Part shown: positions 14,124 through 29,100 of the stretch, piece after piece
Position numbering within the stretch: the first letter of the stretch is position 1
Layout: each line of letters starts with the position of its first letter
Assembly: GCF_964355755.1 (NCBI RefSeq)
Contig: NC_092677.1
Location: 7,276,101-7,340,100, forward strand
Length of the DNA stretch: 64,000 bases
Source: Antedon mediterranea
Lineage: Eukaryota > Animalia > Echinodermata
Reading direction: 5' to 3'
Translations under genes and position numbers: made by a program
The notes under the pieces: model-generated
Told to the model about the DNA's origin: nothing
Databases searched by the model: none
Seen by the model: the letters and a program-made list of their open reading frames with translations, nothing else

Positions 14124-17100
14124 ATGTATCGTCAAGTTTTCTGCATTTTATTTATTGTTTCATCAGGTAAGATTAAACAAAATTAAGTAAAAATCTATCT
14201 ATTGTAGGGCTACAAAATATCACTTATCATTAAGATCCAGCCACTGATACCCCCACAGAAAAAAACCCCATTTTTTTTTCAGTATTTTGCCTTTGAATTA
14301 ATATATTATTGGTCTAACAATGATGTCTTACTGTTGTTTAAATTTGTTTTTTTTTCTTTGTAAAATTTGTTGTCATCAGGATTTTTTATATCACAATTTT
14401 AAATTAAATGTTGGATTGCTTGTAGACATTTTTCACAAGACATTAATGTCAAATAGACTAGGATAAATCCAGCTATGTTTTTATTATCTAGCAGTAGACT
14501 TTAATTTAATTTCTTGATTTGGAAAAGGATATCACCTACTATGAACTACAACTACCTTGTTAGCTCTTTTATATATGGTTCAATTACTATGTTCCTGTCA
14601 TTGATTTAACAGCCTGTGGTATAGTAATGATGTTTACGATCTTTTAATTTGTGACCTACTGGCCACTAATATCCCACAGGATAATCAAGTACTTTTTTAT
14701 TGGCCAATAGAACAGAAGTAGTTAGTAATACCAGTGTTGAGTTAAATTAATAGTGCACTATAGTCCTACTTTTTATCATGAGAATTCATATGGGAAAAGC
14801 ATTGGTATTTTGGAGAAAAAAGTCCCATATTGGTTTTTTTTACTCTACAGTACTTTCTATATATCAAATTCAGATTGTATGCATGTGCATTGTCAATCCC
14901 TCAACATGTCCTATGTACATGTTTTGAATAGTACACTAAAATGAGATGGAATAAAGAGTACAACACTCGTAACCTAACCGACAGAATATAAACATACTGA
15001 ACCCCTTCAAATTTAAGTTTGGATAATAGTACAGTGTACTGATTAGACATTAGTTTTTAATATTGTTTCCTCAGTTAAACATAACTCGCTTTTGTAACAT
15101 TTTTAAATGGATTTTTTTTCACGGATAGAATGAAGTATTAGTTTGTGTATTATATTGTTTAATTCATATTCAAAATCAATTTGTTTCTTGTTATAAAATG
15201 CGATAAAAAATTATATTTCACTGATTAATATTAATAAGAACATTTCTCTGTAGGAAGTTAAATTCAAGGGGAATTAACATGTTTATTTCTTTATTCCATG
15301 TCATTACTTGTCATACAAGTTAAACTACAACACTTTGTAATAAGACACTACAAATCAATGTCCAATTCATCAATGTCCAATACCTACCCTTCAAAAAGCA
15401 CTTGGAGCCATGGATCAGAATAGCAATTTACTATGCCAACTGTCATATTAAATCTGTATAATTTTGTATCAAATCTAAATGAATGCGTTTAAGATAATGT
15501 TCAAAACCTTGAATAGAAAACTGTAATTTACAATATTTCATGGAATATATTTGATTATTATAGGAAAAAACAACATTCTTTGTTAATAAAAATATCATTT
15601 AGGAAAAGCAAAACCTGATTTTTAAATATCTTACGAGCAGATGACATACTTAAAACACCAATAAGAAAATCTGTATTGACATTAAGTTAAATTTCAATTT
15701 AACGTTTAATAGTAGAAAACATTTTATTTACCATTTACCATGATTTAATAATCAAAATTCAGTGAAAAATACCAGAAATAAGGCAGCGCGACAAGATTAT
15801 TAATAGTTGTTGGAAAAAAGCTAGATTGTAAATTGATTTAGAAATGTCAATTTCTAATAAAGAAATGTTCCAGTACCAGTAAAAAAATATCTAATATTAA
15901 TTTCCGTTTTTTATTTAAAATTCTTCACAGTAACGGATCTACTTACATTTATATTTATGTATTATTGCTACTCTTTGTTGTGTACTAATTGGAAAAATGT
16001 GTGAGGGAGATAAGAATTCCCCTGAAAATGAAGTTATTATAAGTTTGGAGACTTGTGTTGATTAAAATCAATAAACTTCCTTTACAATTGTTTAAGTTCT
16101 AAAGACCAAAATACACCAATTTTGAATTCCAACCAGAGATTTACCATATCAGGTGTCTTAATCATTAAGTTTTCATTGAGTTTAGTCCAAGTTGTTAACA
16201 TTTAATAAAAGACCATTAAAGTAGAAAATCTTTGCTCTGATAAAGCCATGCCCACAGGTGGTACGTAAGTACGCCTTTACCCGGCATGATTTACCGACAT
16301 TTGTTTTCTCTTTTTAGTTTACGCTTATTAGTTTTGATAATCTGACTTCACATACTAGACACCGTATTTTTTTTCTTGTCTTTCTTTTCCAATCTGTATT
16401 TACCATATGATGAATAGTTTGGGTGGTGATAAAGATCACATATCAAATAATTGTTGTTAAAAATTTGTTGTCTGGGCTTTTTTATGTAAGAATGGCCTTA
16501 TTATTAAGATTTATTTTTAAAGAGAATAATAGAACCCAGTTTGCCCTAAGGTGGTTTGAATCGAGCTGCCTTTGAATTGCCGTGTATCAACAATACACAG
16601 GACTTATGAAGCTTTGATCTCAATTAAAATATATTGTTGAAAGTAATTGATGATTCTATAATAAAAGAAATCAAAATTTAAATCAAAGTTTGAACTCTAT
16701 ATTAATAATGATATCACATTTTTATAAGTATGACGTGCCTTTTATACATTTTAAAGTCATTACACTGCCACTGTTTTTGTTGTGGGGTTGGGAGGGGTTG
16801 GGAGGGGATTCGTGGACAAACAAATTTGTAAAACTGTGTTTCTAATAATAGTGTTCTCACAAAGATAATGAAAAGTGGAGAGGATAATTTCTTTAAAAAA
16901 TGTAGGGATCTGTACCAGTGCAGATCAGTACAGTAGGTACAGTACAGTAAGAGTAGACCGTCCAAGTAAAATAAAACCTATTTTACATATTTTGATCACA
17001 CAAACTCTACCATGATGTCATTTAAGAACTGTTACTTGAATAAACAATTGTATTGTTTTGACATGTACTTCAGATTACATGTGATACAATAAACAATTAA

Positions 17101-20100
17101 AATTAAAGAGGTGGAGTTTGTGGTAAACCTCAGCAGGGGACGTATGCTCAAAAGGCATCACTAATGGTTGATGATCAGTAGCAACTCAGGTGTAAAATCA
17201 GCCTCTCATCTAGGCCTAGAACTCAAGGCCTTGGAGAGATACACCATCTGAATGCCATCATCTCCAAAGCTCTATCAAGCATCATATTCCCTAGTAAGGC
17301 TCAGGTCAAGTAACAATCTGTCTTCTTCCATAATGAATAAATGATGAAAACTTTGCCAATGATTATCCTTAACTCTCATTTATCAATGATAACACGTTCT
17401 AAAGATTCAATAACCAATCACATCACATGATTTAATTCCAGGAGGTGAAATGAGAGATAAATACGCTTAGAAACTCTCAACCCAAATTCTTGAAGATTAC
17501 CCATTCGTACTCTGCATACAATCAATGAATCAGTATAGTATACAATATTTATAAACCTTCTCAGACAAAATAATTAACAAGACGATATTTAGGGAATTTA
17601 GGGAAATGCGGAACGATATATAGGCCTACCTGTTAACACTGCAGTCAATAATTTTTGTATTGCTATATTAAAGTTAATGTCTAATATACAATGTCTTACA
17701 AAATGTTCTGTTTATGTGACATATTGTGTGAAATATTATCTTGGGGTCGTTTCTGACTGATCATTGAGTCATTTCTACCTAATCATGGAGTCATTTCTAC
17801 CTGATCATGGGGTCATTTCTACCTGAACATGGGGTCATTTCTACCGGATCATGGGGTCATTTCTACCAGATAAAACATTCTAGGATATAAAGATACTGCT
17901 GTACTTCCTCCATAACCTTAATAATAACCCAACAGTGCAAAATATGTTATCACAATTTTATATCATGACTTATTGAACAATAAGACATACTTCTTGTTGC
18001 CACCTGCTGGTTGTTGACACCTCTACTTTATCTTTGCAGGGAGTTGTACTCCCTGATCTTTGTTAATATATTAGTCCATTTCTTGATTGAGGAATTCTCA
18101 ATCTTGAAACTTGTTGAATTTCTTCTGTGTAGGCCTATTCGATAAAAAAACAAATTATTTTTGGAAAACCAAAAATTCATTAGGCTCTCTGAGCTAGAAA
18201 ATAACATAAGAACAATTATTCCATAAATAAAAGATGGTACAGTAATTTCAATATTTTCTATTATATAACCAGTACATAACAATGCTTTCACAATCTCGGT
18301 AAAATTTGATTGAATATTACTATGGCAGGAGTGTATTAATTAGGTATCAACTTAATCAACTTCACAAATACTGTATTGGTAGAGTACCTACACGTTGGTT
18401 GGTATTATGGGAAACTACTCAGTTAACTATAAATATGGTATTTATAGTCAATAGGCCTGGTTTTGTTGTTTGTTTTAAGTGTCTGGAAAAGTATGAATGC
18501 AAAATCATCTCTCGTCTGTTGCGTACTGATTGAATTGAGTCTGTCTAATGCTTTCTTAATCTGATTATTTGAACCCTACATTTCGGGAAAGATACTGTAA
18601 ATACATTTAAAAAATAGAACTACAAAAGTTAATTGTTTTAAATCAAAAATTTATCACCATTTTTGCAAATATAAATGTTTGAATTTCTCTATCAGAAATT
18701 TCATTTGTAACAAAATTCTTTTATTTTGCACTCTATAAATTTGCAAATTTGCGTACTCGCTGCAAAATTCAGAAAAATTAAGGGTGTGCAAAAATAAATT
18801 TCTATGGTAATTGTTTTGACATAGCAGGGTAGATTTAACTGGAAGATTTAATAATTTGACTAACACACGACATCTTATGTGAGTCACTTGAAATGTAATT
18901 TCCATCTGCAATATAATGAAAACTCATTATATTTTCATTATATTTCTATTTTCTATGTTGTTAAACTGGCAGGGAAATTCTACTTTCTAATAATGTGAAA
19001 AACTATACAGTACTGCATACATTTTTCCAATCTTCCCAAAAAATATTCTCAATAATCATAGATGACTACTGTTTTTCACATGTCAAATCAATATTTTTCA
19101 TTATATGCTGAATATCAAAATACTATTGTCAACATAATTTGTTTTGACTTTTTTACTGAAAATTCCAAATATTGTAATATGAAAACCATTTATATTGTAG
19201 CAAAAAATAGCAATATTATTTGATTGTTGAAATCATTTGGTTCAGATATGTCTTAGTAAATCAATAAAAATTTCACTCATTTGATTTGTAAAAAATTGCT
19301 TTGAAGATATACATTTACATTTTGATTTATGAGAAAATCTCACTTAGCTTCTTGGCTCCTAATGTACACCTATTTTTTGTTTTTGTATTAATACATTGTT
19401 TTGATTTATTTTCATCTAATTGCTTTGTTTACCAAAAACCTGTTTTTTTTCTCAAAGATATTTTGATTATATAGTCTTTCCACTGCTAGAATCCATCATT
19501 GTAATATGAATCATGTATATAAACAATGTTGATTCTTTAGCTCTGTCTACACTCTATCAAACTTAGTATGCCACAAAAAAAAAGTCAATTTCAAAAAACC
19601 ATATTTCATTAAACAAAATGTTTTTGATTTATTGTTATTTTCATCAAATTTTATTTTTATATATACTTTGGCAGATTCAATTTCTATTCGTTTTACAAAT
19701 TCCATTTAACTTTAGATATTAAAAATTAATCTTTTGATGTTAAATATCTAATTGTTCAAACAACAACAGAAGGTAGAGAATAATAGGCTGTAAAGAGCGC
19801 AATGTTTACATTAGGGATTTGATTGACGGTCCTATTTATTGGATAGCTTGAATGTATTTATGTCATTCTGTATTCAGTGCAGGCTTTACATAAACATTTA
19901 TGTTAACTGTAGCATTTTAACAAACTAGAACCTGTATAGGTCAGTATCAAAATAGATTGGAAAGAGTCTTCTGATCACATTGTACAATTGTGTATTGTAA
20001 TAAATTCAAGTCATCTTTACATAAATTAAATTTTGGTTCCCAATCCGACACAACACAAAGACTTAAGCACAGTGATTATTTGACAAATGACAAAATGGGT

Positions 20101-23100
20101 TATCTGAACTGGTTTGCATTGTGCCTGTATTTGCATTGCAATAAAGTGGGAACCAAGCTTAAGTCCTACCGAGCCCTACATTACATTTTTAAATGGGACA
20201 AAAACAAATAAAAGAACATAATTTCAGTGTAAATCTAATATTGAATGACCAGTGCTCTCTCCTCCCTCCAATAGAGACATAGATACAGGGAATTTTCATG
20301 ATTTTCCCTTACATAAGGAATATGCAACGCCTGAAGCGATTTCCAGGAACGTTACGACAAATCCCACCAAGCCCTATCAATTATAACCATGGACCTACTG
20401 TATGTTATACCCAAGCCCTAAATTACACAACATAGGATATAGGAGTGTTAATTGCATTTTCATCATTAAAGAACATTTACTAATATCAACTGAAAAGATG
20501 ATTTTTAATAACGCATGTGAAATACATAAACAAATAATACTGTATTATTACACTACAAATGAGCACAGCACACACACAGATTGCATTTTAATGCATTATT
20601 TAAAAATATTGATTTTGTTAATGTATGGAAATATTTTTTTGTACTAATTTGAGTTTTCCACATCCTGAGGACTCCAATCAATACATACTTTTGTACTTCT
20701 TTGATTTCAGTCTCAACGGAGCAGTCTTTCAACATAGAACCTCAAGATACAACTGTAATAGAGGGCGCTACAGCAACTTTAATATGCCTCATCAATAATT
20801 TACAAGGTGATATTTATTGGCTGAAAGGAGGAGAGATCCTTGGTTCAACAGCCAATAGGGACCTGACAACATATCCACGCTATCGAATCACAGGTAATGT
20901 ATCTTCTCTGGATGCAAGTTAACTAGTTACTACAGTTTTATAAATATTTAATAGGGTTGAGCTTTCAAAGTGAGTGATGGAATGACATTTAAGAATCTAA
21001 GGTTGAAAATGAACGTAAAATTAACTCTGCAATATATGGATTTTTGGACCTCTTTTTATCTATCTGAAGAAGATAAAAATGTTCTAACACAGTTACAGTA
21101 AATATGAAATTAACATTTTCTATAAAAAAAAATCCTTTCTGCACTGTAATAAATATGTAACTTTGACCTCAATGTTTAATTTAAAGTTTATATTAGTTAA
21201 GCAGTGTCAGAAAGCGAAGACTATTACTAATGATATTGGAAGAATATAAAAATTGATCAATAAATTAAAATTGCTTTATAAGGTTTAGCATTTAAATTAA
21301 AGCATAAGTAGCAAGCGCTCAACTATTGGAAAATTAATTTTATTCTGCAATCAGGGATGTTCTATATATTAAAGATGTATTGTTCCTCAAAAACATGAAA
21401 AATGAAGATTAATTAAATCAGACTTTGAATAGGTTATTTTTTTGTCTTATTAATGAAGCTAATCACTTGCGTAAAAAAAAAAAGTTTTCCCTTATAAAAT
21501 ACAAAAATCCATTGGCTGGCAGTACATTTGACTATTTTTTGCTTAAAATTACAGTTTTTTCAGGTAAATAATTTTTTTTCGATCTAATTTTTGGTCACAA
21601 AGTGGATAATTATTATGTGAAATTAAAATGGCTTTTAATTCAACGAGAACATTTTAAATTATTTAAATTATTTTTTTCAGGGGGACAATATCTTTAACAT
21701 TACACTAATTATAAGACACAAAATAACCTTTTCCAAGATATCAAACAGAAATAAAAAGATTGTGTCAGGGACAAGATGTTCCACAGAGAGGCAACCTGGT
21801 AGTAAAATCAATGAACCCATGAAATGAGAATGAACTAATGCGTGACGCCAAATTCCTAGAGATTATGTGTGCAAGATTACCGTATCATTGTCGAAAGTCT
21901 ATAAGCTTTCTGGTATGAATTAACTGTGATGTTAAAAAATGAACAGATTTAGGTATTAAACTTGGTTTTTATTATATAAATGTGATTTTTTTCAGCGGAA
22001 ACTTCTGGTGGAAATCTTGAAATAACGAATGCTCAAATTGAAGATGATGATGATTACACATGCCAGGTATCGCCAGTAGCAGACAATCCTCAGCTAATAT
22101 CTGATAGTGCACACCTCACTGTCCAAGGTACAGTACAGTTTGTGAATAAATGTAGTGTTACTTAAAAAAATGTTCTGCTGCAAAAAAATAACTGGTTAAT
22201 AATTTGTGAAATTGCAACCTGAAAATAACGGTTAACACACCCAACAATTAATCGGTTATTAGGCCTACTGTGCAAACAATGCAAAATAACATTGAATCAA
22301 CTACTGTAGCTTCTTGACTGCCTGATCGCATTGCATTTTGGGTAATGTTAATGTTTTTTTAAGAAAAATAACAATATTTTAATGGTTTGTTTAGGTGCAC
22401 AAATTTAGCAGAAAGGCAATCGATATAAAAATTATTTTGTTAAGTTTGTTTGGCACTATTTAATTACTAATTAAAGTTAACTACTATCTTTTAGTTGCAC
22501 CTGATGATCCAGTCATTACTTCCTATTCAAATGGTAGCAAAGTCACAGTGCGACCACCAGGCTCAGTCAGTTTAACATGCGAGGCAAACAATGCACAACC
22601 GGAAGCGACCATCACATGGTTAGAGGATGGTGACCCAACTGTTGCTCAACCCATCATCGTTATCAGCAATGCTGGTGATCCAAACAACAAGAAAAAAAAT
22701 GTTGCAAGTACCATTACGATACAACCAACAAAAGCGCAAAATGGCGTCGTGTTTAAATGCATAGTTGAACATCCTGCTTTACAAGGGTACACAACATTTA
22801 CTACCGTTATACTGGATGTACAATGTAAGTCTTTTGTCTCACACTACATGGCATGACATTATAAGGGTTGAATTAACGTGTATCAACATATGAGTCAATT
22901 TGGATTAGGCCCTCAGTTTACCGTGAACATAACCGAGAAAGACTACCACCACAACAATAGTCTACGAGAGGCTTGAACCAGTGCCTTATTTGTGGTGCCC
23001 CTGCTGTAACCGCTTTACACATTTTATTTACAATTATTTATATATAATATTTTGTAAAACTATAATTTTCTATTGCAGCTGCACCACAACAACCGTTTGT

Positions 23101-26100
23101 TACAGGTTATGATCCATCGACTCCTTTAAAAAGTGGTCAATCGGCAACATTTACCTGCTCATCCTATGGTGGAAATCCACAACCTGATGTAAGTAGCATT
23201 TGTGATGCACGATGATTTAATGACTTGTTGCAGATGGTGGTCAGTTTTCCAAGCTCTACTGTGCAACCTCTATAGCTTGGATCTCAAGCAGACGCAATAC
23301 GATGACACAATGCACATGAGCTGACCACCGACAAGCAACAGTTTGGATGATGGGTCAAATTACATGGTGGCGCGATATATTTTATGGCATTATATTTTAG
23401 ATTACTTTTATCCTTGAAGCTATAAGATTCATAGCATATGAGAAACTGAATAGCTCCATGACATGTGTAGGCCAAATACATATTCAAAATTTACCAATAC
23501 AAACAATAATCACAGTATTTGATTTTTAATTTTTAGGTATTCTGGTATAAGAATGGCGAGATATTTGATTCATCATACACGACTGTAGCCAACAATGCTC
23601 AGAATGAGTTGGTTTACGATGTCGGGTATGGTGATCATAATGTGGAACTCGAGTGTAGAGTCAGTAGCATCTTTTTGGAAACACCATATACAACAACAAT
23701 TACTCTAACAGTATTTTGTAAGATTTTCTTATTATTACATAAAAAACTAATAACATGACAATATAATGTCTACTACTGTAGTTTTGCATCAAGGGAAAAA
23801 GTACAGTGCCGTAGCCACAAGAATTAAAATGGTGCTGTTGTGGCGCAAAAAAAGGGAATAATCTTCTGTGCAGATCAAAGGGTTGTCAGGGTCGAAACCT
23901 TACCAACCGTACTGGTGGCTGGGGCCCTGAATTTACTACGTTGTTGTACAATTACATTCGAGTAGGATGTTGACAAATAATTCTTGGTCCTCTCTCCATG
24001 ACAGTATAATGTTTTGTATTTCTTTTATTTTTTATTATATGTATATGTTTCATATGGACGGTTTGTCTGAAATAAAGTTGAATTGAATTGAAAGCATCTA
24101 ACCAATCAATAAGACAATGTTTACAACTACAACTTTTTAAAGAAATCACATCAATGTTGAATCCTACTCAAATGGAACTTTACCAAATATTCTTTAGAAT
24201 AACAAGTATTTTCTAATGTGCCAATTATTCAGTACTGGAAAAACATGTCACAGCCCACAAGCTAATAACTATTAATTCTTCTATACTATCAAACTAGTTT
24301 GACAAAAAAGTGTGATGTGCCCAAATATGGTAGTGATATGCCCAAACATGGTAGTGATATGACATCATGTTTCTATATGGGCACATCACATAAAGTTTGA
24401 TATGTAGACAGAGCTTAAGACCATATAGTACTTATATTTCAATATTACATTTATGCTATACTCGTTTAATATCCTGTTGACTATTCTACCTCTACGGTGT
24501 TTGTTTCCTAGATGGTTCAGCATATGTCAATGTCACAGGTCATGAGAGCTTGGTCAAAGAAGGTGATTCTGTTTTACTTACATGCACATCAGGTGAGATT
24601 GCCATTATGTTTCCTATCCATTATACTCCTTGGCCACATCATATGTCCATCCATCTATTCATCAAATTTGAACTATCGTTTTGATAATAAAGAGAGAACA
24701 AAAATTTCTAAAAAATGTTAAAGAAAGATTTAGTAAATACAGTTATAATATTCTTAATGGTAATGGGATTCACTTGCTTGGAAATGCTTGTAAGAACCTT
24801 TACAGTTTGAAATCATTGTAAGTTTTAAAAATAAATTGATGAATGAATATGGTTAGATCTCACAAAATATGAAAAACTTGCAAAACACTACGTCTATACC
24901 AGTAATATAAGATTCTACTTCAAGCAAAAAACAAATATTCTGCTTGATATTTGTAGTATTGTTCAGTTATTTCCTCATTTTCTTCTCCATATTGCACATC
25001 ATTACCCTATCAATCAAAACTAAATTACTTTATCAGATCAATCAAAAATAATTACTTTGTTTGATCTGTCTTGAACAATCTCTAACAATAGATTGTGTTG
25101 TTCTTACAAAGCTTTTAAAGCTCAGCTACAGGCATGAATTTCAGATATACAGTAACATTTGATAAAATGTACATAAATTAAAAATTTGCAACAGAAATCA
25201 TTTTTTAAAAGCCCCTCCCCTTCCATAAGAAAGTGCTTATTTTATTGTCTTCAATTCATTCATGTATATTTATCACAAAGACAAAGATTCTTGTTCAAAT
25301 TGTAAATGTTGTCAAAAAAGACAATAATAATAGTGATAAGTCACATTTTAAAAACATTGATGACCATATTAGGAGCACTATTTTTTTAATAGGAAAATAC
25401 TAACTTTTATGAAGTACAAAACATCTTATAAAAAGTAAGAAATAAGAGAATCATTCAATATTTGCAATTAAAAATAAATGTTTAAAAAAAAATGTTTATT
25501 TATAATAGCACCAAGTAACCCTGCTTCTCATCTGTCGTGGATATCACAAGGAGCGATAGTCGATGGTGATGTGGATGTTATAAAAGAAGTTGTAGGCAGT
25601 GGCTTCATCACATCCAAGAATCTGACAATACCAAGCGTTGCAAACAGGGAAACTGTCCAGTACATGTGTCAGGCTACAAATGATCGAACATTTGAACAAG
25701 CACAAACAACAGTAGCAGTGAATGTTATGTGTAAGTTTTTTATTTCAACAATTTACAAATAATTGGTTAAATATTATTATGATTTGACTGTATATATTTA
25801 ATGTTCTTGTAAAAAAAAATCATTGTATTTCATCTTGAAAAATTTTAATTATGAAACAATTATTTCGTTATTAAAATAATTATTTACCTTGGTATCTTTA
25901 ACATTTTAGATAAACCAGATCCACCTTTCATATCAGGCTATAAAGGGGCAAAGGTCAGAGCCGGGTCAGTGATGAGTTTAACCTGCGTGTCAGTTGGCGG
26001 GAATCCATTAGCCAATCTTCAATGGTATAAAGGAGATCAGGAACTCGAAGGAGTGTATGAAAAAAGTTCACATCTTGCTAACAGTAAACTGACATGGATT

Positions 26101-29100
26101 TTGTCGCAGGAAGATAACCAAGTCACGTATTCCTGTAATGCCACTAATACCGCCACTGACATTCCATTGCATGCTTCACAGAAACTTAATGTGTTATGTA
26201 AGTATGTGTTTGGTTTTGTACATTTTTATTTCGTTCATGCATTCGCACATAAAATTATAATAATTATGTTGCTTATATAGCGCTCCAAATGTGAACTAGA
26301 TATAAATGATATTCATGTACTCTAAGGGCGCGTTTATACAACACGCTATTACACGCATATTCTACACGCCTACGAAAAGTGTGTTGTATAACAACAAAGA
26401 GATTCCGTGTAATGAGATTTTAATTGCAAAAAAGGCTACTTGGCTGAATCCTAAAATTTGGTGGATTCCCGGTCGCCGTTACCGTGTTGGAAGTGTCCTC
26501 AGGGTATATTTTGACCTCTCGTTAAAACAGGTCGTAATATCAATCATTGCTAACAAGATTGGGCCCATTTATTGCTGCTTCGCTGCCAGCAATCATCCTC
26601 CTACCACGTCTTACGCCTAGCCTAGCTAGTGGGGCCAACTCGTAGTGGTAGTAGGCCTCTATCGTTTCCCACTCCAAACAGAATAAAAAAAATAACATCG
26701 CAAAAATGGCATCTTCTTCCATAGTGTATAGATGAAACAATGAAACCCTTAAAATAACTTTTATTAATTTAAATGAACCGAGAACAAAATAAACAACAAT
26801 GCAAACGTGAACGAATACAATATAATGAAAATGGTAAAAACCGCGCGAATACATCGGACAGTGAGGAGGCGACGATGATTGTTGACAACTCAGCCAATTC
26901 AAGCGCGATCAACGATTTGACCTTTTATCCTAGCATGCACTGCGTGTTGATGAAACTTCCGGTATAACACGGTATCGTGATTTCTAGTATAACAGCAAAC
27001 GTTAAGGTGGGTTGACCTCGGTCCGAACAACACGCTAAAAATTAAAGCCGTGTTCAAATTTAGGGTGTTGTATAAACACGGCCTAAGGGGTGGTTTTGTG
27101 TCAAGCTTCCACCAAACGGCACTATTTAATCTGTCCAAGTAAGAAACTGAGATGGGTAACTCCTAACTACTTTTTCTGAAAGATGCAATGGGTTCCAAAA
27201 GTGCACCACAGATTTGTACACAGAACGTCTGTTTTTAATTAACTCCTTAACTGAGATATGACTATAAATCATGGCAGTACAGTAAGAAATGTACAAAGTA
27301 GGTTTCTAGATTTAATATAGAAAAAGTTGCCAACAAAGAGGCAATCTTTTAAAAATTTGTGAAATCATAGTAAAAATTGAGCTTTACTCTACATTTTCAT
27401 ATCTTACAGTTCCGCCATCAACAGTTCATGTCACGCTCCCTGCAGAAAAACTAAAAGAAGGCGATGATGTCATCATTAAGTGTAAAACAGCTAGCAGTAA
27501 TCCTGTGTCTGTTATCACCTGGTACAAAGATGGAACAGAAATTGAGGGTAATATAACACTACTTTACAATGTTATATATTTTATATTTATTGTTTTACAT
27601 ATATGTGTTCAGGTGTATGATGGAGAGCCCATTCGATAGTGCTTAGCTTAGCACCTTTGCCTTGTCTATAATGTTTTTCCTGAAGATTAAATAAAATAAA
27701 TTAACATCAAGTTAACAAATTAATTTAGGAGAAACACATACTTTCAGGTACCTTAATGTATAGTACTATAACTACATTAGATACTGTTATATTACTTATT
27801 TAGAAATTTTTCTTTCGTTGTGTCATCAGGAATGGATTTGGGTAACATTTCATCAGCTAATGGTGGATATTCAACACGCAACAAAGTAATTCTGAGAAAA
27901 ATAAGCCCAGACGATAATGGGAAGATATTTAAATGCAGCGCCCTCAATGAACTGCTCACCGAAAGTGTAAATGATGCCATCACTCTAGATGTTCAATGTA
28001 AGTTTTTCTATTACCGTAATTACTCATAACCACAATGTTATAAAGAATCAAATTCAACATTCCTGTTTTATGTGTGTAAACTTAACTAAAAATGTTGATA
28101 GTATTGCAAACATTAAAAGTGTTCTTTAAAACATAACCTTAATTTAAACTTTTCAATATTTAAATTGTATTTGTTTTTGTTGTTGTATGTGCAAGGTCCC
28201 AGGAAGAACAACCATGTGCTCATGGGCCTCTGTGGTTAAATAAAGTTGAATTGAATTAAATTATGTCTTGTTATTTTAGATGCACCTAAAATGACAGTGG
28301 AAACAGGAACAACTATTCGCAAATCAGAGCTTACTGGCCCGGTCAGACTTGAATGTGGGGCTCATGGTAACCCATCTGACGTGACGCTGAAATGGATGAA
28401 AAATGATGTTGATATTGTTCTGCCAAATTCAAAATACGAAATGGAAGAATCTGGGGCTTTTGTTATACACAATGCGACCAGAAGTGATTCAGGTGTTTAC
28501 AAATGCCTAGCAACCAATGAAATAGGCACAGGTAACATTACAGTTACCTTAAACATTGAATGTAAGTATTATTAGTATACACAATCAAAACATAATCATC
28601 CGTGTGTGCGCAGAAGCAGTTGCAAAACACAGTGGGCAAAGGCCCCTGGTTTAGCACTCGTAAGGGCCCTTTAACACTGGGTGATTGGGGCTGCTCATTT
28701 AGTCTAGGGCCTCTTTAGCTCTGGGGCACCGTCATAGCTTTTGCCTCTGTACATAAGTAAATTGTCACAATACCATCACTGATGTAGGCGATTTCTACTA
28801 CCATCAGAGTGAGCAGAAAAAATTTAAACAAGACACAAGACTTGATGGTCACAAAAGTCTTGAATAATGAACAATAACTATGTTATCATAATATGTGCTT
28901 ATTTCATTTCATTTCATCAAGGAAAAACAAAAACAAACAAATTAAAAAAAAAAGTTGGGTTAACTAAATGGAAAATGAAATAGGATGTAAAATATACAAT
29001 GTATTAGAATGGATAGAGACTATTACTACAATAATCAATTTGTTTTCATCAGATTCTCCTGCAATTACAACCGGAAATCAAATAATCGTAAACCTTGGAA

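Noticed and set aside
17742-17871. Regular 22-bp repeats resembling a CRISPR array
   Set aside because: Units are contiguous with no unique spacers, there are no cas genes, and the site is a eukaryotic intron; it is a minisatellite.
26306-27138. Several 64-120 aa ORFs in a nephrin intron
   Set aside because: They lie within a TIR-bounded MITE and show no DDE transposase or other motifs.
27804-27829. Upstream AG (27802-27803) as the nephrin exon acceptor
   Set aside because: It shifts the frame; the AG at 27828-27829 keeps the Ig6 frame.
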